In this document: positions 17,606 through 26,906 of the stretch, one piece after another
How positions within the stretch are numbered: the stretch's first letter is position 1
Layout of the letters: each line of letters opens with the position of its first letter
Source: Candidatus Acidiferrales bacterium
Lineage (GTDB): Bacteria; Chloroflexota; Limnocylindria; P2-11E
Direction of reading: 5' to 3'
Length of the DNA: 63,438 nt
Assembly (NCBI GenBank): GCA_035631715.1
Contig: DASQIF010000007.1
Coordinates: forward strand, 1 to 63,438
The notes under the pieces: generated by a model
The model's database searches: none
Seen by the model: only the letters and a program-made list of their open reading frames with translations
What the model was told of the DNA's origin: nothing
Translations under genes and position numbers: made by a program

Positions 17606-19116
17606 CGCTGCGCCGCGGACCGGACGAGGTCAAGATCGATCTCGGGATACACCGGGTAGCGATCGAGGAGCGCGGCGACGCGCTCGCGCGCCGCTTCGGC
17701 TGCGGCCTTGCCGACCACATAACGCGCGCGGCTCGGCTGACCGGCCTCGGGACCCTTCTGCATGACCTGAGCCTTGGTGTTCGAGAGCACGAGCTTGAAC
17801 ACCTTCGCGATCTCGCGCATGTCGGACGGCGTCATCCCAAGGGTCGTCGCCGCTGGCGTGCCGACGCGGAGTCCGCTCGTGTACCAGGGCCCGTTCGCGT
17901 CGAACGGAAGCGCATTGCGGTTGAGGGTCATGTGGCAGTCGCGGATCGCCGACTCAGCCTGCCGACCGGTGAGCCCGAAGCTCTTGTGCACGTCGAGCAG
18001 CAGGAGATGGTTGTCCGTGCCGCCGGTGAGGACATCCATTCCTTCGGAGAGACACGCCTCGGCGAGCGCCTGCGAGTTCTGGACGATGCGCCGCGCGTAG
18101 TCGCGGAAGCTCGGCTGGCTCGCCTCGCGCAGCGCGACCGCTTTCGCGGCGAGGACGTGCGGCAGCGGTCCACCGAGGATGATCGGGCACCCCTTGTCCA
18201 CGGCCTCGGTGAACTCGGAGGTGCAGAGGATCATCCCGCCGCGCGGGCCGCGCAACGTCTTGTGCGTCGTCGTGGTCGTGACGTGCGCGAAGGGAACGGG
18301 GTTGTAGTTGCCCTCGAAGACGCCGCCCGCCACCAGCCCGGCGAAGTGCGCCATGTCGACCATGAGCACCGCGCCGACCTCGTCGGCGATCTCGCGCAGC
18401 TTCGCGAAGTCGATCTTGCGCGAGTACGCGCTGTACCCGGCGAGCAGAACGAGCGGCTTGATCTCGCGCGCCTGGCGGCGGATCTCGTCCAAGTCGAGGA
18501 GCATCGTCGTGCGATCGACGGTGTACGTGTATGCGTCGAAGAGCTGGCTCGAGTAGTTGTGGCGGTAGCCGTGCGTGAGGTGGCCGCCGGAGTAGTAGTC
18601 GAGCCCGAGCAGGCGTTGGTTGTGCGTCGCCTCGCGGATCTTGTTCCAGTCGGTGCGCTCGACCTTCGAGGGGTCCTCGATCCCGAGCTTCTCGAGCATC
18701 TTCGTTTCGACGCGCGTCGTGAGGATCGCGAGGTACGCGAGGAGGTTCGCGTCCGCCCCCGAGTGCGGCTGGACGTAGGCGTGCTCGGCGCCGAAGATCT
18801 GGCGCGCGAGCCCCGCGGCCTCGCTCTCGACCTCGTCCACGTTCTCGCAGCCGGCGTAGAAGCGATGCGCGGGGTAGCCCTCGGCGTACTTGTCGGTGAA
18901 GAGCGTGCCCTGAGCGAACTGCGTCGCGAGCGAGCAGTAGTTCTCGCTCGCGATGAGCTTTAGGTTCGTGCGCTGGTCGTGGAACTCGTGGACGATCGCG
19001 GCGGCGACGCTCGGCGAGACCGTCGCGATGTGATCGAGCATCGCGTAGAGCGCGGTCGGCGCGGACTCCGGCGTGCGGTCGCCGACACGCTCCAGGTACT
19101 GCGATAAGAGAGTCAT
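17563..19116 (-). CDS. glyA: serine hydroxymethyltransferase (long form)
   Basis: ORF 17563..19299 trimmed to the ATG at 19116 (MTLLSQYLE...). It contains LIASENY, NKYAEGYP-like DKYAEGYP, GGHLTHG, and the PLP-Lys motif TTTTHKTLRGPRGG. Confidence 0.9.
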   Translation of the reverse strand: MTLLSQYLERVGDRTPESAPTALYAMLDHIATVSPSVAAAIVHEFHDQRTNLKLIASENYCSLATQFAQGTLFTDKYAEGYPAHRFYAGCENVDEVESEAAGLARQIFGAEHAYVQPHSGADANLLAYLAILTTRVETKMLEKLGIEDPSKVERTDWNKIREATHNQRLLGLDYYSGGHLTHGYRHNYSSQLFDAYTYTVDRTTMLLDLDEIRRQAREIKPLVLLAGYSAYSRKIDFAKLREIADEVGAVLMVDMAHFAGLVAGGVFEGNYNPVPFAHVTTTTTHKTLRGPRGGMILCTSEFTEAVDKGCPIILGGPLPHVLAAKAVALREASQPSFRDYARRIVQNSQALAEACLSEGMDVLTGGTDNHLLLLDVHKSFGLTGRQAESAIRDCHMTLNRNALPFDANGPWYTSGLRVGTPAATTLGMTPSDMREIAKVFKLVLSNTKAQVMQKGPEAGQPSRARYVVGKAAAEAARERVAALLDRYPVYPEIDLDLVRSAAQRWGEATKPTAAAIP

Positions 19117-19565
19117 ACGCCGCTCCTCACTCGCTCCAGGTCCGCGATCTGCTTCCTGCGCCGCTCGTGCCGCCCGCCCTCGGGCATGGCCGAAAGGTAC
19201 GCGTCCACGACGCTCTTCGCGAGTTCTTCGCCGATCACGCGTTCGCCCAGGGTGATGACGTTGACATCGACGTGCGAGACGGCGTCGCGCGCGCTCCACT
19301 CGTTGTCGACCACCGCGGCGCGGACGCCCGGCAGCTTCGACAGGGCGACCGCCGGGCCGATGCCCGAGCCGCAGCAGAAGATCCCCCGGTCGATCTCGCG
19401 GCGCTGGAGCGCCTCGCCGAGGACGCGCGCGATGAGGGGGTAGTCATCCTCGGGGTCCGGCGCCGGCCCGTATTCGCGCAGATCGACGCCCTTCGCGCGC
19501 AGGTGCTTGCCGAGAGACGCCTTGAGCTGCTGCCCGGCGTGGTCGGCCGCGAGCCCGACCTTCAC
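19113..19565 (-). CDS. rpiB: ribose-5-phosphate isomerase B
   Basis: 150-aa ORF with a GTG start. It contains GLAADHAG and the CCGSGIG active-site motif. It has an ATGA overlap with glyA. Confidence 0.85.
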   Translation of the reverse strand: MKVGLAADHAGQQLKASLGKHLRAKGVDLREYGPAPDPEDDYPLIARVLGEALQRREIDRGIFCCGSGIGPAVALSKLPGVRAAVVDNEWSARDAVSHVDVNVITLGERVIGEELAKSVVDAYLSAMPEGGRHERRRKQIADLERVRSGV

Positions 19566-20161
19566 GCGACCTTCGCCTGACGCAACGCTTCCTCGATCTC
19601 AGCCCTCGTGATCATGCCTTCGCGTCTGATCTCGAGACGGTCGGTGCTGCAGTCGACGATGGTCGACGGCTTATCCCCGGCGGTGCGTCCGCCGTCGAGG
19701 ATGACCGCGATCCGTCCACCGAGCTGGTCCTCCACCTCTTTCGCCGTGCGGCAGTCTGCTTGTCCGGAGCGGTTCGCGCTCGTGACCGGGAGCCCTCCGC
19801 CGCACGCCGCGATGAGCTGGCGCGCGATGGGATGGTCGGGCACGCGGAACGCGATCGTGCCGCGACGCGGAGCGACGAGCACGAGCGTGAGCGGTCCGGG
19901 CCAGAACGCCGCGGCAAGCGCCCGCGCGGCGGGCGTGACCATCGCACTGGCTTCGAGATTCGTGGCGTCCGAAAGGAGTACAGGGATCCGCTTGTCCTTC
20001 GGGCGATCCTTCGCGACGTACAGCTTTTGAAGGTGGTCGTGGCCGGCGGCAAGGCCGTACACCGTATCGGTCGGAAAAGCGACGAGCTCCCCGCGCGCGA
20101 GTGCGGCCGCCGCCTCCTCCACTGCCCCAGGCGCATCCGCCTGGAGGAGGCGTGTCTTCAT
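19562..20161 (-). CDS. tsaC: L-threonylcarbamoyladenylate synthase, YrdC-domain only (TsaC type)
   Basis: ORF trimmed to the ATG at 20161 (MKTRLLQ...). It contains GELVAFPTDTVYGLAAG and TSANRSG. It has a GTGA overlap with rpiB. Confidence 0.8.
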   Translation of the reverse strand: MKTRLLQADAPGAVEEAAAALARGELVAFPTDTVYGLAAGHDHLQKLYVAKDRPKDKRIPVLLSDATNLEASAMVTPAARALAAAFWPGPLTLVLVAPRRGTIAFRVPDHPIARQLIAACGGGLPVTSANRSGQADCRTAKEVEDQLGGRIAVILDGGRTAGDKPSTIVDCSTDRLEIRREGMITRAEIEEALRQAKVA

Positions 20162-20247
20162 CGTCGCGATTCTAGGTCGTTGCAACCGGCCATCCGACCG
20201 TAGCGCGAATCGGTCACTGGTGTTACGAATGGGGTCAGTCGCGGTCG

Positions 20248-20877
20248 TTGGGAAGGGCTATGGGGTTATTCGCCAAGGCACTCACGCATCGCAGTCCGTT
20301 CGGTCGCACGCTCGCGGCGATCGCCATCGCGGCGGTCCTGTGGATGAGTGCCTGGACGCTCTCGTACTTCCTGCTCTCTGAAGGCGTGCTGCGGACGCTC
20401 ATGTCCGCGCGTGTGCCTGACGACATCTTGAAGGCCGGACCTTCACTCGCGGTCACGATCTTCGAATGGAATCTCGTGTTCGGGGTCGGCGCGATCGTGG
20501 TCGGTTCGTTCTTCGCCATCGGCCCCGTCTCGCTCGGTTACTTCGCGCCGTGGTGGTGGGCGCTCGGCTACGGCGTCGCCCTCGGCACGAATTCGTTCGT
20601 CGTGACCGTGCCCGGCAAGATCGCACCCAACATCAGCATCCTCTGGCAGCACATCGGGGCGCCCGAGATCCTGGCCTACCTGCTCGTCGCGGCCGCGCTC
20701 GCGAACATCCATGTGTGGCGTCCGCGTCGCTGGTACGACCTCGGCCTCCGGCGCGTGCGCCGCCTCACCGAGATCCACCTGAACGCGGCGGAGTTCGCGT
20801 GCATCGGCGCGGCGCTCACGCTGCTGTTCTGGACCGCGTCGCGCGAGGCGGCCGGCGTCGTCGCGTTCCTCAACTAG
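20248..20877 (+). CDS. hypothetical polytopic membrane protein
   Basis: 209-aa ORF with about 5 hydrophobic helices and high GC3. The start is TTG at 20248 or ATG at 20260. I recognise no family. Confidence 0.55.
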   Translation: MGRAMGLFAKALTHRSPFGRTLAAIAIAAVLWMSAWTLSYFLLSEGVLRTLMSARVPDDILKAGPSLAVTIFEWNLVFGVGAIVVGSFFAIGPVSLGYFAPWWWALGYGVALGTNSFVVTVPGKIAPNISILWQHIGAPEILAYLLVAAALANIHVWRPRRWYDLGLRRVRRLTEIHLNAAEFACIGAALTLLFWTASREAAGVVAFLN

Positions 20878-21745
20878 ACCCCATCACGACCCGCTGCGCA
20901 TCCATGAGATCCCGCAGCACCTGCGTGCGCAGGCCCTGCGCCTCGATGAGCGCCGCGATCGGGTCGGCCTGAGGCGGATCGCACTCGAAGAACGCCGCAC
21001 CGCCCGGCGCGAGCACGCGCCGCAGGTCGGACACGCAGCGGCGGACGAGATCGAGCCCATCGGCGCCTGCGACGACGGCGGCCCGCGGCTCGAACGCGAG
21101 TGAGGTCCGCGCGCCGACCAGATGCTCGAGCGCGTCGTCACGTAGATAGGGCAGGTTCGCGCACACCACGTCGACCCGCTCGGTGACCGGTGCCAGGAGG
21201 TCGCCGCTGCGGAACTCGACCCGAGCGTCGACATGCAGCGCGGCCGCGTTCTCACGCGCGACCACGAGCGCTTCCGTCGACAGGTCCGTCGCGATGACGC
21301 GCACGCGCGGCTCGCTCGCGGCGATGGCGCACGCGACGGCACCGGAACCGGTGCCGACGTCCACGACGGTGACCGCGCGGCCCGCGATGAAGCGGCGCGC
21401 CGCGTCCACCAGCGTCTCCGTCTCGGGCCGCGGGATCAGGACGCGCGGGTCGACGCGAAAACGGAGCCCGTAGAACTCCTTGAATCCACGCAGGTAGGCG
21501 ACCGGCTCGCCGGCTTGGCGGCGCTCGATGAGCGACTGGAAACGCGCATTGTCGTCATGTCCGAGCGCGCGCTCCGGGTGCGCGAGCAGCTCCTCCTTCG
21601 TCACGCCGAGCGCGAATGCGAGCAGGACGTCGGCATCGAGCGGCGCGGTCGACGGGTCGGCGCCCGCTCGCAGGCGAGCGATGGCCGACTCGCGCGCGTC
21701 ACCCCACGTACGTATGGCTGTATGTTCGGGGCGGTGAGCGTCCAT
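20870..21745 (-). CDS. prmC: release-factor glutamine N5-methyltransferase (PrmC/HemK)
   Basis: ORF trimmed to the ATG at 21745 by alignment of IRTWGDARESAIARL... to the PrmC N-terminus. It has the SAM motif VDVGTGSGA. The substrate motif reads ANLPYL where PrmC normally has NPPY. Confidence 0.8.
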   Translation of the reverse strand: MDAHRPEHTAIRTWGDARESAIARLRAGADPSTAPLDADVLLAFALGVTKEELLAHPERALGHDDNARFQSLIERRQAGEPVAYLRGFKEFYGLRFRVDPRVLIPRPETETLVDAARRFIAGRAVTVVDVGTGSGAVACAIAASEPRVRVIATDLSTEALVVARENAAALHVDARVEFRSGDLLAPVTERVDVVCANLPYLRDDALEHLVGARTSLAFEPRAAVVAGADGLDLVRRCVSDLRRVLAPGGAAFFECDPPQADPIAALIEAQGLRTQVLRDLMDAQRVVMGSS

Positions 21746-22150
21746 CACGAGCGGCTCAGTATCGCGACCGATCATCACGCCGGGACGGTCGACATCACGG
21801 CGCGCGTGCGGACCGCGGTCAAGCGTTCGAAGGTGCGACAGGGGATCTGCGTCATCGCGTCGCTCCACACGACCGCGGGCGTGTTCGTGAAGGAGAACGC
21901 GGATCCCGACGTGCAGCGCGACCTCATGTCACATCTCGGAAAGCTCGTTCCCCGTGATGATGAGTTCAAGCACGCTGAGGGAAATGCCGACGCGCACATC
22001 AAGACCGCGCTCATCGGCACCGATGTGACGATCCCGATACGCGACGGCGAGCTCGAACTCGGGCGATGGCAAGGCATATACATCGCGGAGTTCGACGGAC
22101 CGCGAGAGCGGACCGCCACCGTTACTGTCATCGGCGACCAGTCGTCATAA
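21722..22150 (+). CDS. YjbQ/UPF0047 family protein (secondary thiamine-phosphate synthase-like)
   Basis: ORF 21233.. trimmed to the ATG at 21722 (alternative GTG at 21734). It contains LSIATDHHAGTVDITARV...HTTAGVFVKENADPDV...GNADAHIK...GRWQGIYIAEFDGPR, typical of YjbQ. Confidence 0.8.
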   Translation: MFGAVSVHHERLSIATDHHAGTVDITARVRTAVKRSKVRQGICVIASLHTTAGVFVKENADPDVQRDLMSHLGKLVPRDDEFKHAEGNADAHIKTALIGTDVTIPIRDGELELGRWQGIYIAEFDGPRERTATVTVIGDQSS

Positions 22151-22246
22151 GATTTCTCCGCTCACCGACGCGCACCTTCCGCCGTCACGTTGAGCAAAAG
22201 GGGAGAGGGCATCAGCAGCACGCTGACGTTGACGCGAACACCCGCC

Positions 22247-23632
22247 ATGTCCGCGCGCGATGCCGAGCGTGCGCTGCGGACCGCGCTGTCGCGGGGTGGC
22301 GACTTCGCCGAGCTGTTCTGGGAGCGCCACGAGACCCTGCAGCTCGTGCTCGACGACAACAAGATCGAGGACGCGATCAGCGGCGTCGATCAGGGCGCGG
22401 GCATCCGCGTGATGAGCGGCGCGCGCACGACCTACGCGAACGGCAACGTCACGGACGTCGACGACGTTCTCGCGCTCGCCGGCCGCGCGGCGGCGAGCGT
22501 GAGCGATGGGGGCGATCTGCACGACGCACCGCGCCTCGCACCCGACGAGCTGGCGCGCCCGCACGACGTCGGCATCGACCCGCGCAGCGTGCCGGTCGAG
22601 CGCAAGGTGGCGCTCCTGCGCAAGGCGAACGAGGTGGCGCGCGCGGTGGACCCGCGCGTGACCCAGGCCACGGTGTCGTACGGCGAGAGCGTGCAGGAGG
22701 TCGTCGTCGCGAACAGCGACGGCACGCACCGCACGGACACGCGCGTGCGGCTGAACTTCATGATCAACGTGGTCGCCAAGCAGGGCGACGTGCTCGAGTC
22801 GGGCTTCGAGGCCGTCCGCGGTACGCGCGGCTTCGAGATGCTCGACGAGGACATCGTCTCCGAATGCGCGACCATCGCGGCGCGCCGGGCCGTGCTCAAC
22901 GTCGGCGCCGAGCCTGCGCCGGCCGGGACGTACACGGTGGTCCTCTCGAGCGAGGCCGGCGGCACGCTCATCCACGAGTCGGTCGGCCATGGCCTCGAGG
23001 CCGACCTGAACCTGAAGGGCCTCTCCGTCTACTCGGGCCGCATCGGCCAGAAGGTCGCGAGCGAGCTCATCACCGTCGTCGACGACGGTCGCGATCCGGG
23101 CCAGCGTGGCACGGCCGCCATGGACGATGAGGGAACGCCGACGCACCGCACCGCGCTCATCGAGAAGGGGGTGCTGAAGACGTATCTCTCGGACCGCAAG
23201 CACGCGAGGCAGCTCGGCATCGAGCGGTCGGGGAACGCGCGGCGCGAATCGTTCCGCTACCTGCCGATCTGCCGCATGACGAACACCATGATCGAGCGGG
23301 GCGAGTCGGACCCCGACGAGATCCTGCGCTCGGTGAAAGACGGCATCTTCGTGAAGAAGATGGGCGGCGGGCAGGTGGATGTGGTCTCGGGCAACTTCGC
23401 CTTCGAGATCACCGAGTGCTACCGCATCCGCGACGGCAGGCTCGCCGAGCCGCTGCGCGGCGCGACGCTGGTCGGACAGGGTCCGAAGCTCATGAGCGAG
23501 ATCGACATGGTCGGCTGGGACCTCGGCTACTCGACCGGCACGTGCGGCAAGGACGGCCAGGGCGCGCCGGTCGCCGACGCGCAGCCGACCCTGCGCATCC
23601 CCTCGGTCGTCGTTGGCGGGAAGCTCAAGTGA
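22247..23632 (+). CDS. tldD: TldD metalloprotease
   Basis: The ORF-track start is the TTG at 22190. ATG at 22247 (MSARDAERAL...) fits the TldD N-terminus better. It has the HExxxGH motif HESVGHGLEAD and the C-terminal GTCGKDGQ. Confidence 0.85.
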   Translation: MSARDAERALRTALSRGGDFAELFWERHETLQLVLDDNKIEDAISGVDQGAGIRVMSGARTTYANGNVTDVDDVLALAGRAAASVSDGGDLHDAPRLAPDELARPHDVGIDPRSVPVERKVALLRKANEVARAVDPRVTQATVSYGESVQEVVVANSDGTHRTDTRVRLNFMINVVAKQGDVLESGFEAVRGTRGFEMLDEDIVSECATIAARRAVLNVGAEPAPAGTYTVVLSSEAGGTLIHESVGHGLEADLNLKGLSVYSGRIGQKVASELITVVDDGRDPGQRGTAAMDDEGTPTHRTALIEKGVLKTYLSDRKHARQLGIERSGNARRESFRYLPICRMTNTMIERGESDPDEILRSVKDGIFVKKMGGGQVDVVSGNFAFEITECYRIRDGRLAEPLRGATLVGQGPKLMSEIDMVGWDLGYSTGTCGKDGQGAPVADAQPTLRIPSVVVGGKLK

Positions 23633-24981
23633 CGCAGCGGCTCTCCAACGACGAGGTCGTGGACCGCGCGCTCGCGGCGCTCAAGGGCGGCGGCGTGCGC
23701 ACCGCGGAGGTGTTCCTGCGCGACGCGCAGTCCGGCTCGGTCGACACGAAGGACGGCGAGATCGAGAGCGTCATCGCGCGCGGCGAGCGCGGACTCGGCG
23801 TGCGCGTGCTGGACGGCGAGCGCATGGGCTTCGCGCACTCGTCCGATCTCGCGGCGCCGGGCATCGAGGCGGTCGTCGAGCAAGCGCGTCGCATGGCGCG
23901 CATCACCGAGCCCGATCCCGATCTTCACATCGCCGACGCCGCGCTCAAGGTCGCCGACCTCGCGATCTACCACCCCGGCCTCGAAGCGCGCCCGCTGTCG
24001 GAACGGGGCGCGATCGCCCTCGCCGTCGAGAAGGCCGCGCGCGACGCGGACACGCGCGTCACGCACTTCCGGAAGACGACGTACAGCGACTCCGAGGTCA
24101 CGACGGTCATCGCGACGACCACCGGGGTCCGCGCGTCGTACCGCGAGAGCTTCTGCGGCGCGATGACGAGCCCCGTCGCCTCCAGCGACGGCGAGCGGCA
24201 GATCGGCTATCACGGCGAGGGCGCGCGGGCGCTCGCGGACCTCGATCCCGCGAAGATCGGCGCGCGCGCCGCACAGCGCGCGGTGGAGAAGCTTGGGGCA
24301 AAGCCGTTCGCCACGCAGAAGCTGCCGGTGGTGCTCGATCCGTGGATGAGCATGAGCCTCCTCGGAGCGATCGCGCCGCTCTTCTCCGCGGACAACGTGC
24401 TCAAGGGACGCAGCCTCTTCGCCGGCAAGCTCGGCCAGCGCGTCGCGAACGATCGCATCACCATCGTCGACGATGCGCGCCGCAAGGGCGGCCTGCGCAG
24501 CGCGCCGTTCGACGGCGAAGGCATCGCGACGACGACGCGCACCCTGGTCGAGAAGGGCGTGCTGCGTGGCTACCTCACCAACCAGAAGACCGCGCGCAAG
24601 ATGAAGACGACGTCGAATGGCAACGCGCGGCGCGGCTCGTACGCGTCGCCCAGCCGCATCGGTCCGTCGAACTTCTACGTTGAAGCGGGCATGGACGACC
24701 CGACCGCGGCGGTGGCGAAGCTCGACAAGGCCCTGCGCATCACGAGTCTGCTGAACCTGCACACCATCGATCCTGTGTCCGGCGAGTTCTCCCTCGGCGC
24801 GACCGGCACATACCTCGAGAAGGGCGCGCCGGTGCACCCCGTGCAGGGCATCACCATCGCGGGCAACCTCACGCATCTGCTGAACTCGGTCGCAGGCGTC
24901 GGCACCGACCTCACGTTCGGACCGAGCGGTATCGGCAGCCCGACGCTCGTGATCGCCGAGCTCTCGATCGGGGGCACCTGA
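23629..24981 (+). CDS. pmbA: PmbA/TldE protease partner
   Basis: ORF 23416.. trimmed to the GTG at 23629 (GTGA overlap with tldD). It belongs to the TldD/PmbA family but has no HExxxGH. Confidence 0.85.
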   Translation: MTQRLSNDEVVDRALAALKGGGVRTAEVFLRDAQSGSVDTKDGEIESVIARGERGLGVRVLDGERMGFAHSSDLAAPGIEAVVEQARRMARITEPDPDLHIADAALKVADLAIYHPGLEARPLSERGAIALAVEKAARDADTRVTHFRKTTYSDSEVTTVIATTTGVRASYRESFCGAMTSPVASSDGERQIGYHGEGARALADLDPAKIGARAAQRAVEKLGAKPFATQKLPVVLDPWMSMSLLGAIAPLFSADNVLKGRSLFAGKLGQRVANDRITIVDDARRKGGLRSAPFDGEGIATTTRTLVEKGVLRGYLTNQKTARKMKTTSNGNARRGSYASPSRIGPSNFYVEAGMDDPTAAVAKLDKALRITSLLNLHTIDPVSGEFSLGATGTYLEKGAPVHPVQGITIAGNLTHLLNSVAGVGTDLTFGPSGIGSPTLVIAELSIGGT

Positions 24982-25934
24982 TGCTCTGGCAGACGCTGCT
25001 GCACGCCGACCCGCTCCCGTGGCTGCTCGAGAAGTCCGACCCGGCGGTGCGCGCGCTCACCCTTCGTCAGGTGCTCGACCGCGGCGCTCGCGACGCCGAG
25101 CTCCGCGAGGCGCAGCAGCGCGCGATGAGCGCCCCGCCGATCTCGACGCTGCTCAAGCGCCAGCGTGCCGACGGCGCGTGGGCCGGCCCGAATATGTACG
25201 GACCGAAGTACCAGGGCACGCACTGGTCGAACTTGCTGCTCATCGAGTACGGCGCGGAGCCCGGCGAGCCGCGCGTGAAGCGCGCCGCGCGGCGCGTGCT
25301 GGAGGACCTGCAATCCGAGGACAAGGGCGGCATGTCGTGGGTCTTCGCGCAGGATCACGGGGCGTCGTGCTTCGTCGGCAACGTGGTGCGCTACGTATCG
25401 CTGGCGGGGTACGGCGCGGACGCTCGCATCGAGCCGCTCGTGCAGCGGCTGGTGCGAGAGTCGCGCAAGTACGACGCGGCGTGCGTCATCAACGGCGACG
25501 ACCCGTGCGCCTGGGGCTACGCGCGTCTGGTCTGGGGTCTGGCGGCGCTCCCCGAGAGCGCGCGTACGCGCGACGTCGAGCGGACCCTGCGTCGCGGCGT
25601 CGAATTCCTGCTCTCGTACAAGCTCGAGCGCGGCCGCTATCCGACGGCCACCGAGCCGTCGTATCTGTGGCGCCAGCTCTCGTTCCCGCTCTTCTATCAG
25701 GCCGACGTGCTCTTCGTCCTTCGCGCCATCGACGCCGCCGGGGCGATCGACGACCCGCGCGCGCAGCCAGCCATCGCCTGGCTCCTCGCACGCCAGGACC
25801 CACGCGGTCGCTGGGCGGGTCGCGCGCCGTACGCCGATCGCATGGCCTCACGCGTCGACGCGAGCAAGTGGGTGACCCTGCAGGTGCTCACGCTCCTGAA
25901 GCACGCGTTCTCGCCGGAGGAGAACGGCGCCTAA
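24981..25934 (+). CDS. hypothetical protein with prenyltransferase/terpene-cyclase-like (alpha/alpha toroid) repeats
   Basis: 317-aa ORF whose start overlaps the pmbA stop (TGATG). It has QW-like repeats KRQRADGAWAGP and ARQDPRGRWAGRAP, and regularly spaced helix-pair pattern. Confidence 0.55.
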   Translation: MLWQTLLHADPLPWLLEKSDPAVRALTLRQVLDRGARDAELREAQQRAMSAPPISTLLKRQRADGAWAGPNMYGPKYQGTHWSNLLLIEYGAEPGEPRVKRAARRVLEDLQSEDKGGMSWVFAQDHGASCFVGNVVRYVSLAGYGADARIEPLVQRLVRESRKYDAACVINGDDPCAWGYARLVWGLAALPESARTRDVERTLRRGVEFLLSYKLERGRYPTATEPSYLWRQLSFPLFYQADVLFVLRAIDAAGAIDDPRAQPAIAWLLARQDPRGRWAGRAPYADRMASRVDASKWVTLQVLTLLKHAFSPEENGA

Positions 25935-25952
25935 CCGCTAGGCTCCGCCGAG

Positions 25953-26906
25953 ATGGCGCGCTCCCGCCTCCTGAAGGACATTCCCCCGCTCCGATTCGGC
26001 GAAGGCCGCGACTGCACACTCCTCGCGTGCGTCGCGATCGCGACCAAGAGCGAATACGACTGGGTCATGGGCGCGTCCGGTGCGGCATTCACGACCACGA
26101 TCGACGCGGCGACCTGGGACCCGCTCGCGGCCGCGCCGCTCGACGACGGGACGCTCTCGCGCGCCACGCACGCCGCGGGCCGCAAGCCCGACGTCGTCGG
26201 CCCGCCGTTCGACGATGACATGAAGGCGCTCGTGCTCGATCGCGTCGCCGAATCCATCGAGGCCAAGACCCCGGCACTGGTGCGCGGCATCGCCGGACCC
26301 CCCGAGTACGGCCTCATCGTCGGATACGACGACGAGGGCCCGTCATTCCACGCGCGCACGTTCTTCGACAAGACCGACAAGCCCGCGCGCGTCGACTGGT
26401 CCGCGTTCTCCGACGCGACGCACGGCCTGCTCGCGTTCCTCGACCGCGCGCCGCAGCGCGAGCGCGCCCAACTCGCGCACGAAGGCCTGCGCGAGGCGGC
26501 GCGCACCGCGCCGGAGACGGAGAAGGCGCTCGGGGCGTGGCTCGCCGGTGTGCGCGACGACGCGCGCTGGGCGGATACGAAGCACGCGGGAAGCGGCGCG
26601 TTCGCGGATCACGTCATGCGGACGCTGCACGTCGATAAGCGGCGCGCGGCCGCGCGCTTCCTTCGCGGCGCGCGATCGCTCTTCGCGAACGCGCCCGGCG
26701 GGGATCTGCTGCGCGCCGCGGAGTCCTACGGATACAGCGCCGACGCCGCGGCGAAGCTCGGCGCCGGGCCGTTCGATCCGTCGATCGCGATGCGTTTCCT
26801 CGACCCCGGTCACCGCCGGGCGTGGGCGAAGGCGCTCGAGCTGGTCATCGGCCACGAGCGCGAGGCGCTCGCGGCCCTTGCCACCGCCGAAGGAGCGATG
26901 CGATGA
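25953..26906 (+). CDS. hypothetical protein (possible BtrH_N/DUF4872-like papain-fold protein)
   Basis: 317-aa ORF with high GC3. The N-terminal GEGRDCTLLACVAIATKSEYDWVMGASGAAF loosely resembles the Cys-containing start of the BtrH_N family. The functional call is weak. Confidence 0.5.
   Translation: MARSRLLKDIPPLRFGEGRDCTLLACVAIATKSEYDWVMGASGAAFTTTIDAATWDPLAAAPLDDGTLSRATHAAGRKPDVVGPPFDDDMKALVLDRVAESIEAKTPALVRGIAGPPEYGLIVGYDDEGPSFHARTFFDKTDKPARVDWSAFSDATHGLLAFLDRAPQRERAQLAHEGLREAARTAPETEKALGAWLAGVRDDARWADTKHAGSGAFADHVMRTLHVDKRRAAARFLRGARSLFANAPGGDLLRAAESYGYSADAAAKLGAGPFDPSIAMRFLDPGHRRAWAKALELVIGHEREALAALATAEGAMR

Noticed and set aside
22190-22246. TTG start at 22190 for tldD (the ORF-track start)
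   Set aside because: The 19 extra codons (SKRGEGISSTLTLTRTPA) do not match the TldD N-terminus, and the TTG has no convincing SD at a proper distance. ATG at 22247 aligns with the family start. The upstream start is not strictly excluded.
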